From Burkholderiales bacterium (GTDB lineage: Bacteria; Pseudomonadota; Gammaproteobacteria; Burkholderiales; Gallionellaceae), in the NCBI GenBank assembly GCA_038241165.1, contig JBBRFZ010000001.1, forward strand, positions 1-45,920: a stretch of 45,920 bases of DNA, given 5' to 3'. The notes beneath the pieces are model-generated. The model had not been told where the DNA came from, searched no databases, and worked only from the letters and a program-made list of their open reading frames with translations. The position numbers and the translations under genes are program-made. Below are positions 21,423 through 33,467 of this stretch, piece after piece; positions within the stretch are counted from its first letter, which is position 1, and each line of letters opens with the position of its first letter.

Positions 21423-22187
21423 TCAACTTCCCGAATAAAGCAGTACTAGGCGATACCCTGAGGGTTTGATATTGGAGGTGTTAAGGTGCAGTTTGATGTT
21501 GAGTTCATGATTGGGTCCCAGCCCGGCTGATTCGTTCTCCGTAATCGGCAAATAGTCTGTCGGGCGAAATATACGGCGCGCCAGGGGTTGGTCTCCGACA
21601 CTGTTAAGCGTGAGCTCCAGATTGGGAAAGGCCTGGGCGTAAGAAGCGCGGTTGCGCAACAGTGCATTCAGGGTGATCCGGTTTTCATTCGCCGGATCGG
21701 CTTCGATCGCTGATGATTCAATATTGATCAGGTCGGCATGTTGCGGTAGCGGCACGCTGCATTTCAGTATTCTGCAAGATTCCACTAGCAGCGGTTTCAG
21801 GGCGGGCAGCTGCGCAGCGATGTCGACACGGAAAAAATAGGCAGCCTGCGCGAACAAAATCAGCAGCAGCAAAAGTCCAGCAACCGCCCAGGGCCAGGAG
21901 CGCGGTCCGGGCTGGAATTCGCTGTCTTCTTCATCCTGCACGACGGCGACTTGTTCGGCCAGCGTCATGGGCTTCAGAACTGCCAAACTGGAATCGGTCG
22001 TAGCGTCGGGTGTTTCCAATACCTGCAACTCAAGCGGCAGGTCGAGTTGGTCAGGTGCGAAGTTGGGGAGGGTGTCGAAAGCCTGCAGACAATTTCCGCA
22101 GCGGACCATGCCGTGATGGGCTTCCAGTTGCACTCTGGTGATTTTAAAATGGGTATTGCAGTGCGGGCAGACGGTCGTTCCTTGCAT
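21423..22187 (-). CDS. Zinc-ribbon / DUF3426 domain protein
   Basis: CPHC...VRCGNC, TM segment, FPNLELTL, GYRL; usual position after prmA. Confidence 0.85.
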   Translation of the reverse strand: MQGTTVCPHCNTHFKITRVQLEAHHGMVRCGNCLQAFDTLPNFAPDQLDLPLELQVLETPDATTDSSLAVLKPMTLAEQVAVVQDEEDSEFQPGPRSWPWAVAGLLLLLILFAQAAYFFRVDIAAQLPALKPLLVESCRILKCSVPLPQHADLINIESSAIEADPANENRITLNALLRNRASYAQAFPNLELTLNSVGDQPLARRIFRPTDYLPITENESAGLGPNHELNIKLHLNTSNIKPSGYRLVLLYSGS

Positions 22188-22188
22188 A

Positions 22189-23082
22189 TTAGCGCTTGCG
22201 CCCGGACAGGCACGACCAGCCATCCTCGAAAATCGGGGTGCCCAGATTGAACCATTGTTGATAGATAGACATCACTTCCTGTGCCTGTTCCTCAAGTATG
22301 CCGGACAGCACGATCTGCCCGCCTGGACGTGTCGCTTTTGCCAGCAGCGGAGCAAGCAATCGCAACGGGTTGGTCAGGATGTTCGCTATCACCAGATCAT
22401 GGCTTGATTGCGGAGCATCGTCGGGCAAATAAAACTGTGCGTTCTCGACCCGGTTGGCGATGGCATTGTCGCGGCTGGCGTTAACTGCCTGAAAGTCTAC
22501 ATCAACGCCGACCGCGTGTGCAGCCCCGAGCTTCAATGCAGCAATGGCAAGTATGCCCGAGCCGCAGCCATAATCCAGCACGCTTTCGTCTCCCCGGAGA
22601 TTGCTATCAAGCCAGCGTAAACATAACCGTGTGGTGGGGTGGCTACCGGTGCCGAATGCCAGACCTGGATCCAGCACGATATTGATCGCATTCGGGTCGC
22701 TGGCAGTATGCCAGGTGGGAACGATCCACAGGCGTGATGAAATAGGGATAGGTTCGAACTGTGACTGGGTAAGTCGCACCCAATCGTTGTCATCCAGGGT
22801 CTCGATGCGATGTCCGGGAACTTGTTCGAGGCGGATCAGGGCGGAGGCGTTGCACAAAATTGCATCTACATCCTTGTCGCTGTCGAACAGCGCGCTGACG
22901 CGATTGTGCTGCCATACCCCGGGAGGCGGTTCGCCTGGCTCACCGAAGATAGCCTGTTCATCCGGCGTGTCGCCATCTGCGTCCAGCAAATCCACCGATA
23001 ATGCGCCAAGTTCAAGCAACGCTTCGCTCAATGCCTCGGCATGTTCGGCATCGCTATCAACAATGAGAGACTGCCACGGCAT
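22189..23082 (-). CDS. prmA: Ribosomal protein L11 methyltransferase
   Basis: LDPGLAFGTGSHPTT, VLDYGCGSGILAIAA. Confidence 0.96.
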   Translation of the reverse strand: MPWQSLIVDSDAEHAEALSEALLELGALSVDLLDADGDTPDEQAIFGEPGEPPPGVWQHNRVSALFDSDKDVDAILCNASALIRLEQVPGHRIETLDDNDWVRLTQSQFEPIPISSRLWIVPTWHTASDPNAINIVLDPGLAFGTGSHPTTRLCLRWLDSNLRGDESVLDYGCGSGILAIAALKLGAAHAVGVDVDFQAVNASRDNAIANRVENAQFYLPDDAPQSSHDLVIANILTNPLRLLAPLLAKATRPGGQIVLSGILEEQAQEVMSIYQQWFNLGTPIFEDGWSCLSGRKR

Positions 23083-23084
23083 TT

Positions 23085-23419
23085 ATGCCAATTCCATTTC
23101 GAAGGTCAAGCAAGGCGGCTGCACCCGCAAGGGGTATGCCGTGCGGTTCCCGATGCTTCGCATCGACCGCGACGCAAAGCGAACGACGCTGGCATAACCA
23201 GCCACTTGCCGTGTATTTTGCGGCTTAGTGGATTGGCTAATAGTTTCATCAGTACAATTGCCGTTCTGACACGGTGTGGGCGTAGCCCTCCGATGCGGGA
23301 GGAACGGCCTGGCAACGGCTCCCGCAAACGGCTGTCTGCGCCAGTAACGCGTCGCCGTTGCACGACTAGGAGGGAGGGAGGAAGCCAACGCAGTTTCACC
23401 GATAAAATGGGATTGGAAT
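23085..23419. mobile_element. ERIC-like MITE (~335 bp) with nested insertions
   Basis: Ends ATGCCAATTCCATTT / AAATGGGATTGGAAT; internal GCAAGGCGGC and AGCCAACGCAG as in ERIC repeats; fills the accC-prmA gap. Confidence 0.65.
23194..23239 (+). repeat. ~50-bp hairpin mini-element, copy C
   Basis: ATAACCAGCCACTTGCCGTGTATTTTGCGGCTTAGTGGATTGGCTA. Confidence 0.7.
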
Positions 23420-24774
23420 TATTTACCTTTTGTTCGCTCAGCCAAACGTTCTTCAAGATAATGGATGTTGGTGCCGCCGCGCATGAATGCCGCATCCTGC
23501 AATAACTCGCGATGCAGTGCGATGTTGGTCTCGATACCTTCCACAGCCATTTCCGACAGCGCCGTGCGCATCCGCGCCATGGCCTGTTCCCGGGTGTCAC
23601 CATACGCAATGATCTTGCCGATCATCGAGTCGTAATGCGGCGGCACGAAATAGTTGGCATACACATGCGAGTCCACACGGATGCCTGGACCGCCCGGCAT
23701 GTGCCAGGTGGTGATTCGTCCGGGAGACGGTGTGAATTTGTAGGGATGTTCGGCATTGATACGGCATTCGATGGCGTGCCCACGGAATTCGATGTCGCGT
23801 TGCTTGAACGGCAATTTCTCGTTCGCCGCGATACGAATTTGTTGTTGCACGATGTCGATGCCGGTGATGAATTCCGTCACCGGGTGTTCAACCTGAACCC
23901 GGGTGTTCATTTCGATAAAATAGAACTCGCCATCTTCATACAGGAATTCGAATGTTCCGGCGCCGCGATAGCCTATTTTGCGGCAAGCCTCGGCACAGCG
24001 TTCGCCAACCTTGTTGCGCAATTTCGGATCGAGCAAGGGTGCCGGGGCTTCTTCCAGGATCTTCTGGTGACGGCGTTGCATGGAACAATCGCGCTCGCCC
24101 AGGAACACCGCATTGCCATGCTGGTCGGCAAGCACCTGAATCTCGATATGACGCGGATTTTCCAGATACTTTTCCATGTACACCATGGGGTTGTTAAAAG
24201 CCGCCTGCGCCTCTGTACGCGTCATGGTCACGGCGTTGAGCAGAGCCGCTTCGGTATGCACCACGCGCATGCCGCGCCCGCCGCCTCCGCCGGAAGCCTT
24301 GATGATGACAGGGTATCCGATACTGCGTGCAATCTTGATAATTTGCGCGGGGTTGTCCGGCAAGGCACCCTCGACTCCCGGCACGCAGGGCACACCTGCC
24401 TTCTTCATGGCGATCTTGGCGCTTACCTTGTCACCCATCAACCGGATGGTTTCGGCGCGCGGGCCGATGAATACAAAGCCGCACTTCTCTACACGCTCCG
24501 AAAAATCCGCATTTTCCGAAAGAAAACCATAACCCGGATGGATGGCCTGCGAGTCCGTTACTTCCGCCGCGCTGATGATGGCAGGGATATTCAGATAGCT
24601 TAGTGTAGAAGAAGCGGGACCGATACAAACGGACTCGTCGGCCAGCTTTACATACTTCGCATCGGCATCGGCTTCGGAATGAACCACGACGGTTTTTATG
24701 CCCATCTCGCGGCAAGCACGCTGAATGCGCAACGCTATTTCCCCGCGATTGGCAATCAGGATTTTCTCAAACAT
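23419..24774 (-). CDS. accC: Acetyl-CoA carboxylase biotin carboxylase
   Basis: [49 protein letters not shown]. Confidence 0.97.
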   Translation of the reverse strand: MFEKILIANRGEIALRIQRACREMGIKTVVVHSEADADAKYVKLADESVCIGPASSTLSYLNIPAIISAAEVTDSQAIHPGYGFLSENADFSERVEKCGFVFIGPRAETIRLMGDKVSAKIAMKKAGVPCVPGVEGALPDNPAQIIKIARSIGYPVIIKASGGGGGRGMRVVHTEAALLNAVTMTRTEAQAAFNNPMVYMEKYLENPRHIEIQVLADQHGNAVFLGERDCSMQRRHQKILEEAPAPLLDPKLRNKVGERCAEACRKIGYRGAGTFEFLYEDGEFYFIEMNTRVQVEHPVTEFITGIDIVQQQIRIAANEKLPFKQRDIEFRGHAIECRINAEHPYKFTPSPGRITTWHMPGGPGIRVDSHVYANYFVPPHYDSMIGKIIAYGDTREQAMARMRTALSEMAVEGIETNIALHRELLQDAAFMRGGTNIHYLEERLAERTKGK

Positions 24775-24815
24775 GTGCTGCCTCCGCGCTTCGCGATTAG
24801 AATTTTCTCAAACAT
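24756..24815 (-). other. Upstream mini-[22 protein letters not shown], a recoded copy of the accC start
   Basis: Own GGAG SD; first 11 codons match accC with 6 differences, all at third positions; out of frame with accC. Confidence 0.7.
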
Positions 24816-24862
24816 GGTGTTGGCTCCGAACTTGGGCGTGACACTAAATGGCGCACTTGCCA

Positions 24863-25318
24863 TTAACCGATGACGAACAGTGGTTGGCCGAATTCGACAG
24901 GCTGACCATTCTCAACCAGGATGGCTTTGATGATCCCGCTCTGATCAGCTTCGATCTCATTAAGCAATTTCATGGCTTCGATGATACACAGGGTCTCGCC
25001 GCTGTTCACGGATTGTCCCACATCCACGAATGCCTTGGAGCCCGGCGAGGCAGACCGGTAGAACGTGCCAACCATCGGCGATTTCACCACGTGACCTTCC
25101 GCAACGGCGGGCTTGGCGGGTTCGGCTGGCGGCGCGGCAGCCTGCGGCGCTGAAGCAGCTGTAGCGATAACAGGTTGCGGAGCCGGTGCAAAAGTTTGCT
25201 GAACGGATGCCGCGGTACGGGTGATGCGCACACGCTCTTCGCCCTCGCTGATTTCCAGCTCGGCAATCCCGGAACTCTCGACCAACTCAATCAGTGTCTT
25301 CAGCTTGCGTAAATCCAT
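24863..25318 (-). CDS. accB: Biotin carboxyl carrier protein
   Basis: [23 protein letters not shown]. Confidence 0.96.
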   Translation of the reverse strand: MDLRKLKTLIELVESSGIAELEISEGEERVRITRTAASVQQTFAPAPQPVIATAASAPQAAAPPAEPAKPAVAEGHVVKSPMVGTFYRSASPGSKAFVDVGQSVNSGETLCIIEAMKLLNEIEADQSGIIKAILVENGQPVEFGQPLFVIG

Positions 25319-25341
25319 GGTGACCTCCCTAAAAATGCTTG

Positions 25342-25776
25342 TTATTTTTGGCTCAGTGCGAATTGCACCGCGAATTCATAGCCCGCCGCGCCCAGGCCGC
25401 TGATTACGCCTACCGCAAGGTCGGAGAAGAACGAATCCTTGCGGAATGCCTCGCGCGCGTACACATTGGAAAGATGTACTTCGATGTACGGGATGGCCAC
25501 TGCCGCCAGCGCATCCCGCAATGACACGCTGGTGTGGGTGAACGCGGCCGGATTGATAATGATGAACTGTGTGCCATCAGATTGTGCCTGCTGAACCCGT
25601 TCCACGAGTTCGGATTCGGCATTACTCTGGAAGCAAAACAGGTTTGCGCCGCTTTTCCCCGCCAAAATCATCAAACGCTCGTTAATTTCATTCAACGTGG
25701 TGCTGCCATACACAGACGGCTCACGACTTCCGAGCAGATTCAGATTGGGTCCATGCAGCACAAGGATATTTTTCAT
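25342..25776 (-). CDS. aroQ: Type II 3-dehydroquinate dehydratase
   Basis: [29 protein letters not shown]. Confidence 0.95.
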   Translation of the reverse strand: MKNILVLHGPNLNLLGSREPSVYGSTTLNEINERLMILAGKSGANLFCFQSNAESELVERVQQAQSDGTQFIIINPAAFTHTSVSLRDALAAVAIPYIEVHLSNVYAREAFRKDSFFSDLAVGVISGLGAAGYEFAVQFALSQK

Positions 25777-25840
25777 GTGCACAGTTTGCCGTAAATTAAG
25801 GTAATTTGTCCAGTATTTTGGCGAAGATAGCTAAAATATA

Positions 25841-27679
25841 TTAGAGCCCGATATTTTGCAGTGTTTTAAGGAACTGGGCGGTATCCTGGTAGCCCGTCAC
25901 GCGAAAATCAGTCACTTCTTTGCCTTGAGTATTGAAGAACAGGATGCCGGGGGGGCCGAACAGCCCATAGCGTTTTAGCAGGGCTTTGTCGGCCTCGCTG
26001 TTTGCCGTGACATCGGCTTGCAGCAGTAATACCGGTTTGAGTTTGGATTTTACCGTGCCATCGGAAAAGGCAAAGCGTTCCAGTTCCTTGCAGGAGATGC
26101 ACCAGTCGGCGTAGAAATCCAGCATCACGAGCTGCTTGCCCCGCACCTGGGCAATACGTTGATCAAGATCAGCGACATCTTTGACACGGGAGAACTGCAG
26201 TGTGCTGGGCACCGATGTTTCGGTGCGACCGATGTTACCAAGCGGGCGCAGGATGTCGCGTGAGCCGGACAGCGCACCGACCAGATATGCTGCGCCCAGC
26301 AACAGTGCGAACAGGCCGATTCCTTTAAGCAGTTTGTGCCAGCCGCTGGCATTGTTCGGCAGCGGGTCCAATGCGCGCAGGTAAATCGCCGAGAAGATCA
26401 GCAGCGCAGCCCATAGCAGCATCTCTACACTGATGGGCAGCAGCGGCTGGATGATCCAGATTGCCAGCGCCAGCAACATCACGCCGAAGAATTGTTTGAT
26501 CGCTTCCATCCAGGCCCCGGCCTTGGGCAACAATATGCCTGCCGAAGAACCGATCAGTAACAGCGGCACGCCCATGCCGAGCGACATTACGAACAGCGCA
26601 GTGCCGCCCAGCACGGCATCATGAGTCTGGCCAATATAGAGCAGCGCTCCGGCCAAGGGTGCCGCTACGCAAGGACCCATGATGATGGCGGAAAGCGCGC
26701 CCATCACGAACACGCCGCCGAGATGGCCGCCGTGCAGGCGGTTGCTGGTGTCACTCAGCTTGCTTTGCAAAGCGGTGGGCAGTTGAAACTCATAAAAGCC
26801 GAACATCGACAACGACAGCAGCACGAACACTGCGGCAAAGCTGCCGAGTACCCAGGGTGTCTGCAGTGCATTGGAGATCAGGTTGCCGGAATAACCCGCA
26901 GCCACACCTGCCGCTGCATAAGTGATCGCCATGCCCATCACGTAAGCCAGTGACAGGATGAAGGCGTGTAAATGAGTGATTTTATGGCCGCGCCCGACGA
27001 TGATGCCCGACAGGATCGGGATCATCGGGAACACACATGGTGTCAGTGATAAAAGCAGTCCTGCACCAAAGAAGAAGGAAATGATCAGCCAGAAATTGCC
27101 GCCCGAGAACAGCTTGGCGATTTTTGAGTCTTCAGATGCAATGCCTGATGATGCAGTGCCGGACGAAGGAGGCAGTGCTTCGGACAATACCGGTGGGGGC
27201 AGCTGTCCGGTGGCAACTTCCGGCAGGGATACATACACCGTCTTGGTGATGGGCGGATAGCATAGCCCTTCCTCGCTGCAGCCCTGGTAGACGGCGTCCA
27301 GCGCGATGCGAGACGCCGTGTTGCCGGAGCGATTCAGCGTGATGACACCCTGAAAAGATTGGTGGAATACTTCGGTGTCGCCAAAATTCGGGTCGTGCTT
27401 TATTTCGCCTCTGGGCAAACTCACCGACGTGATTTTGACCGTTTTGTCTTTGGTGGCGAAGGTGACTTTGTTACGATACAGGTAATAAGTGGGAGTTACC
27501 TTGAAATTGGCTTGCAAAGTGTGAGCATCACGCACCTTCACTTCCAGGCCGAAGGCATCAGCAGGTTTAAGGAAATCGGGCTGCTTGCTGACAGCCAGGT
27601 TTGAGATCCGATCCACAAGACCTTCGGCATTTGAGGCGGGAGCAATAAGACAAAGCAGCATCAATAGTGCAAAACGCAT
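25841..27679 (-). CDS. dsbD: Protein-disulfide reductase DsbD
   Basis: QGC...CYPP, LTPCVFPM, GPCVAAPL, FYADWCISCK. Confidence 0.95.
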   Translation of the reverse strand: MRFALLMLLCLIAPASNAEGLVDRISNLAVSKQPDFLKPADAFGLEVKVRDAHTLQANFKVTPTYYLYRNKVTFATKDKTVKITSVSLPRGEIKHDPNFGDTEVFHQSFQGVITLNRSGNTASRIALDAVYQGCSEEGLCYPPITKTVYVSLPEVATGQLPPPVLSEALPPSSGTASSGIASEDSKIAKLFSGGNFWLIISFFFGAGLLLSLTPCVFPMIPILSGIIVGRGHKITHLHAFILSLAYVMGMAITYAAAGVAAGYSGNLISNALQTPWVLGSFAAVFVLLSLSMFGFYEFQLPTALQSKLSDTSNRLHGGHLGGVFVMGALSAIIMGPCVAAPLAGALLYIGQTHDAVLGGTALFVMSLGMGVPLLLIGSSAGILLPKAGAWMEAIKQFFGVMLLALAIWIIQPLLPISVEMLLWAALLIFSAIYLRALDPLPNNASGWHKLLKGIGLFALLLGAAYLVGALSGSRDILRPLGNIGRTETSVPSTLQFSRVKDVADLDQRIAQVRGKQLVMLDFYADWCISCKELERFAFSDGTVKSKLKPVLLLQADVTANSEADKALLKRYGLFGPPGILFFNTQGKEVTDFRVTGYQDTAQFLKTLQNIGL

Positions 27680-27681
27680 GG

Positions 27682-28011
27682 TTATTCCTTGAGAGTGGTT
27701 GTTTCTACGCCTACCCAATCCAGATAAGAGGGTAAACCGGCTGTCACCAAGACAGCGATAATTTCGGGGAGTTCGTAAGGGTGCGCTTTGCGTATCAATT
27801 TTTCAAGTCGCGGGTAAGCGGCACGAGTGGTTTTGATCAGCAGAGGCACTTCGGTAGAGGTCTCGATATTTTCCTTCCATCGATAGGTCGATGTGTAAGG
27901 AGCAAGCTGGTTCACGCAGGCAGCGGCACGCATTTCGACAAGTTGGCGTGCGAGTTTCTCTGCAGATGCGGCATCGGGAAGATTGGTGGAAACCAATAAA
28001 AAGTCATCCAT
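27682..28011 (-). CDS. cutA: Divalent cation tolerance protein CutA
   Basis: AACVN, STYRW, LLIKTT, HPYELPEII; start could be 28023. Confidence 0.92.
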   Translation of the reverse strand: MDDFLLVSTNLPDAASAEKLARQLVEMRAAACVNQLAPYTSTYRWKENIETSTEVPLLIKTTRAAYPRLEKLIRKAHPYELPEIIAVLVTAGLPSYLDWVGVETTTLKE

Positions 28012-28019
28012 ATTCTGGC

Positions 28020-29024
28020 TCATGCTTTTGAAAAGCGCAATCCGAGCTGCAACAACTCGTCCCACACATCACCCTGGCGCAGGCCCTTGATGGTCTTGTC
28101 CAGCCGGGCAGCCTGCTGGATAGAGCGTTCGATGAGGGGAAATTTCAGGCGGCGCGCCGCATTTTCTATCGGCGTCTGTTTGTCCCTGCGAACCCGCAAG
28201 TCGCGCATGGCATTGCCAAGGTTTCCACCTCGTTGCACCGCTTGCAGGACCTTGCCCAAAGTGCGGATATCTTCGCTGATCGCCCACAACACCAGCACGG
28301 TGGCGGTACCCTCGGCGCGCAAACCGTCGAGGATACGCGTGAAACGCACTGCGTTGCCGCTCAGCATGGCTTCCGAAAGCTTGAAAATGTCGTAACGCGC
28401 CACATCCATCACCGCATCCTTGACCTGCTCAAAGGATAGTTGTCCGGCAGGGAACAACAATGCGAGTTTCTGTATTTCCTGAAACGCCGCGAGCAGGTTG
28501 CCTTCGCAACGATCCGTGAGAAATTCCAGTGTAGCCTCGTCGGTACTTTGCCCCTGTCTTTTAAGACGTTCAGCGATCCAGCGTGGCAATGTCCCGCGCG
28601 GAATGTCATCGGCGGTAACCATCACGCCATGCCGCTCCAGTGCGCCGAACCACTGGCTTTTCTGGACGGTCCAGTCCAGCTTGGGCAAAGAGATCAGTGT
28701 CAGCGTGTCCTCACTCAGGTTGTTGCAATAGTCCTGTAATGCCTTCCCGCCCTCGACACCGGGCTTGCCGGAAGGAATACGCAAATCGATCACTTTACGT
28801 GATGAGAACAACGATAGGCTCTGGGCACTGTTGCGCAATTCTCCCCATTTGAAATGCTGTTCGGCAATAAATGTTTCGCGTTCGGTATATCCGGCGGCGC
28901 GCGCGGCAGCCCGAATGCTGTCCGCCGCTTCGATCGCGAGCAATAGCGCGTCGCCAAATACCACATACAACGGCTTCAAACCGGAACTGAGGTGGCGCGG
29001 CAAGTCTTCGCTGGAGATGGTCAT
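28020..29024 (-). CDS. holA: DNA polymerase III delta subunit
   Basis: SLSLFS, EGNLLAAFQEIQKL, LDKTIKG; leuS-lptE-holA synteny. Confidence 0.94.
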   Translation of the reverse strand: MTISSEDLPRHLSSGLKPLYVVFGDALLLAIEAADSIRAAARAAGYTERETFIAEQHFKWGELRNSAQSLSLFSSRKVIDLRIPSGKPGVEGGKALQDYCNNLSEDTLTLISLPKLDWTVQKSQWFGALERHGVMVTADDIPRGTLPRWIAERLKRQGQSTDEATLEFLTDRCEGNLLAAFQEIQKLALLFPAGQLSFEQVKDAVMDVARYDIFKLSEAMLSGNAVRFTRILDGLRAEGTATVLVLWAISEDIRTLGKVLQAVQRGGNLGNAMRDLRVRRDKQTPIENAARRLKFPLIERSIQQAARLDKTIKGLRQGDVWDELLQLGLRFSKA

Positions 29025-29027
29025 GGG

Positions 29028-29528
29028 CTAATGCGGCTTCAATTCGACCCGACTCAGGCGGCGTACGATTCGCTGCACCATGTCAGAGCGCAGGTTCTGG
29101 TAAAGCAGGGTTTCCTCACTCTCCATGGCGATAACATTGCTGTCGTCATAGGGGAAATCGCTTTGCATCACGATTTCCTCGGCGGGGATCACGTCATGCT
29201 GGTCAAGGTCATAGGCGCGCAAGGAAACGCGGTAGAATAACTGGTATTCATTTACACGTCCGCTGCCGCTCAGCGAAAGAATCTGTTTGTCGGGGATTTC
29301 AGCAACGATATCCAGCACCACATCGGCCTTTGCGGCAGTGTCTACCAATTTCACATTATTTGCTTCCAGATTGCGGCTCAATTCTTTTATGAACTGCGTG
29401 CCTGGATTTGTCGCTTTCAAATAAAGCGTGTGGAACGGCATGGTTGCCTGTCCGCGCAAATGGAAACTGCAACCGGCCAGCAAGACAGCGGCAACCAGCA
29501 GCGCTAATAATTGAATCTGAAGGCGCAA
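29028..29528 (-). CDS. lptE: LPS assembly lipoprotein LptE
   Basis: Lipobox LAGC, CSFHLRG, between leuS and holA. Confidence 0.92.
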   Translation of the reverse strand: MRLQIQLLALLVAAVLLAGCSFHLRGQATMPFHTLYLKATNPGTQFIKELSRNLEANNVKLVDTAAKADVVLDIVAEIPDKQILSLSGSGRVNEYQLFYRVSLRAYDLDQHDVIPAEEIVMQSDFPYDDSNVIAMESEETLLYQNLRSDMVQRIVRRLSRVELKPH

Positions 29529-29536
29529 GATTTCTC

Positions 29537-32278
<2,742 letters not shown>

Positions 32279-32512
32279 TTATAGCGTCATCGTCGGCCTG
32301 CCGCGAATCCAAACAAACGCGGCAAGCAATCATGAAAAATACCGGCGCAGGTATCACCAACGACGTAGCCCGGCAAGCAGTACATGCCATTGAAAGGCAA
32401 AATTGCCATCATTCCGCCGGCGGTCGGGGGCTGACGTTTGCGTTAGCTCACAACGGGGCATTCTGCTAGAATCCGCGGACAAAATTATATAAATCCCTCA
32501 GGAGAGTTCACT

Positions 32513-33406
32513 ATGTCCCACAAACATCCCGTGATTGCCGTGACCGGTTCATCCGGTGCAGGTACCACTACGGTAAAACGTGCCTTTGAAAATATATTCC
32601 GCCGCCAAAAGATTATCCCTGCGGTCATCGAGGGCGACAGTCTGCACAGTCTGAATCGCATGGAGTTTCGCGCTGCCGCTGCCGCTGCCGCCAAGGCGGG
32701 CAACAACAGTTTCAGTCACTTTGGTCCGGAAGCCAACCACTTTGACAAGATCGAAGAAACCTTCAAGGTCTATGGCAAAACCGGTATGTGCAAACGCCGT
32801 TATTACGTCCACAGCGAAGAGGAGGCCGTGCTGCACAACAAGCATTTCAAGTTGAAGGACCTGAAGCCGGGGGTGTTTACGCCCTGGGAGAACATCGAGA
32901 AGGATTCTGACTTGCTGTTCTATGAAGGTCTGCACGGTCTGGCTACCGATAATGTCAAGATTGACGTGGCCCAACATGTTGATCTGGGCGTCGGCGTGGT
33001 GCCGGTGGTCAATCTGGAGTGGATCCAGAAGATACACCGCGATGGTGCCGAGCGCGGGTATTCTGCCGAAGCGACGGTGGACACCATCATGCGACGCATG
33101 CCGGACTATATCAAGTACATCACCCCCCAGTTCTCGCGTACCTGCATCAATTTCCAGCGCGTGGCGACCGTGGACACGTCCAATCCGTTCATCGCCCGCG
33201 ACATCCCCACGCCGGATGAGAGCTTTGTGGTGGTTCGCTTTCGCGAACCCAGGGGCGTGGATTTTCCATACATGCTAACCATGATCCACAATTCCTTCAT
33301 GTCACGCGCCAATACACTGGTCGTGCCGGGCGGAAAAATGAGCCACGCCATGGAAATCATCCTTACGCCGATCATGCATGACATGATCGAGAAGAAAAAG
33401 AAGTAA
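32513..33406 (+). CDS. prkB: Phosphoribulokinase (proteobacterial type)
   Basis: AVTGSSGAGTTT, FSHFGPEAN, YEGLHG, NLEWIQKIHRD, DTSNPFIARDIPT. Confidence 0.95.
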   Translation: MSHKHPVIAVTGSSGAGTTTVKRAFENIFRRQKIIPAVIEGDSLHSLNRMEFRAAAAAAAKAGNNSFSHFGPEANHFDKIEETFKVYGKTGMCKRRYYVHSEEEAVLHNKHFKLKDLKPGVFTPWENIEKDSDLLFYEGLHGLATDNVKIDVAQHVDLGVGVVPVVNLEWIQKIHRDGAERGYSAEATVDTIMRRMPDYIKYITPQFSRTCINFQRVATVDTSNPFIARDIPTPDESFVVVRFREPRGVDFPYMLTMIHNSFMSRANTLVVPGGKMSHAMEIILTPIMHDMIEKKKK

Positions 33407-33422
33407 GTCTTTCGAAAGGGAC

Positions 33423-33464
33423 AACGGGGGAAGCAGATGACAAGTCTGCTTCCCCGTTTTATTT
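33423..33464 (+). terminator. Rho-independent terminator after prk
   Basis: GGGGAAGCAGA-7nt-TCTGCTTCCCC followed by GTTTTATTT. Confidence 0.75.
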
Positions 33465-33467
33465 GTA

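Noticed and set aside
23194-23239. 50-bp mini-element as an integron attC site
   Set aside because: Lacks the GTTRRRY core, is shorter than typical attC and does not follow cassette ORFs.
23083-23609. ORFs of 101-167 aa across the accC-prmA gap
   Set aside because: They run through nested repeats and show no recognisable protein features.
32672-32692. GCTGCC repeat encoding poly-Ala in prk
   Set aside because: Falls in an Ala-rich helix and is in frame; no sign of a contingency locus.
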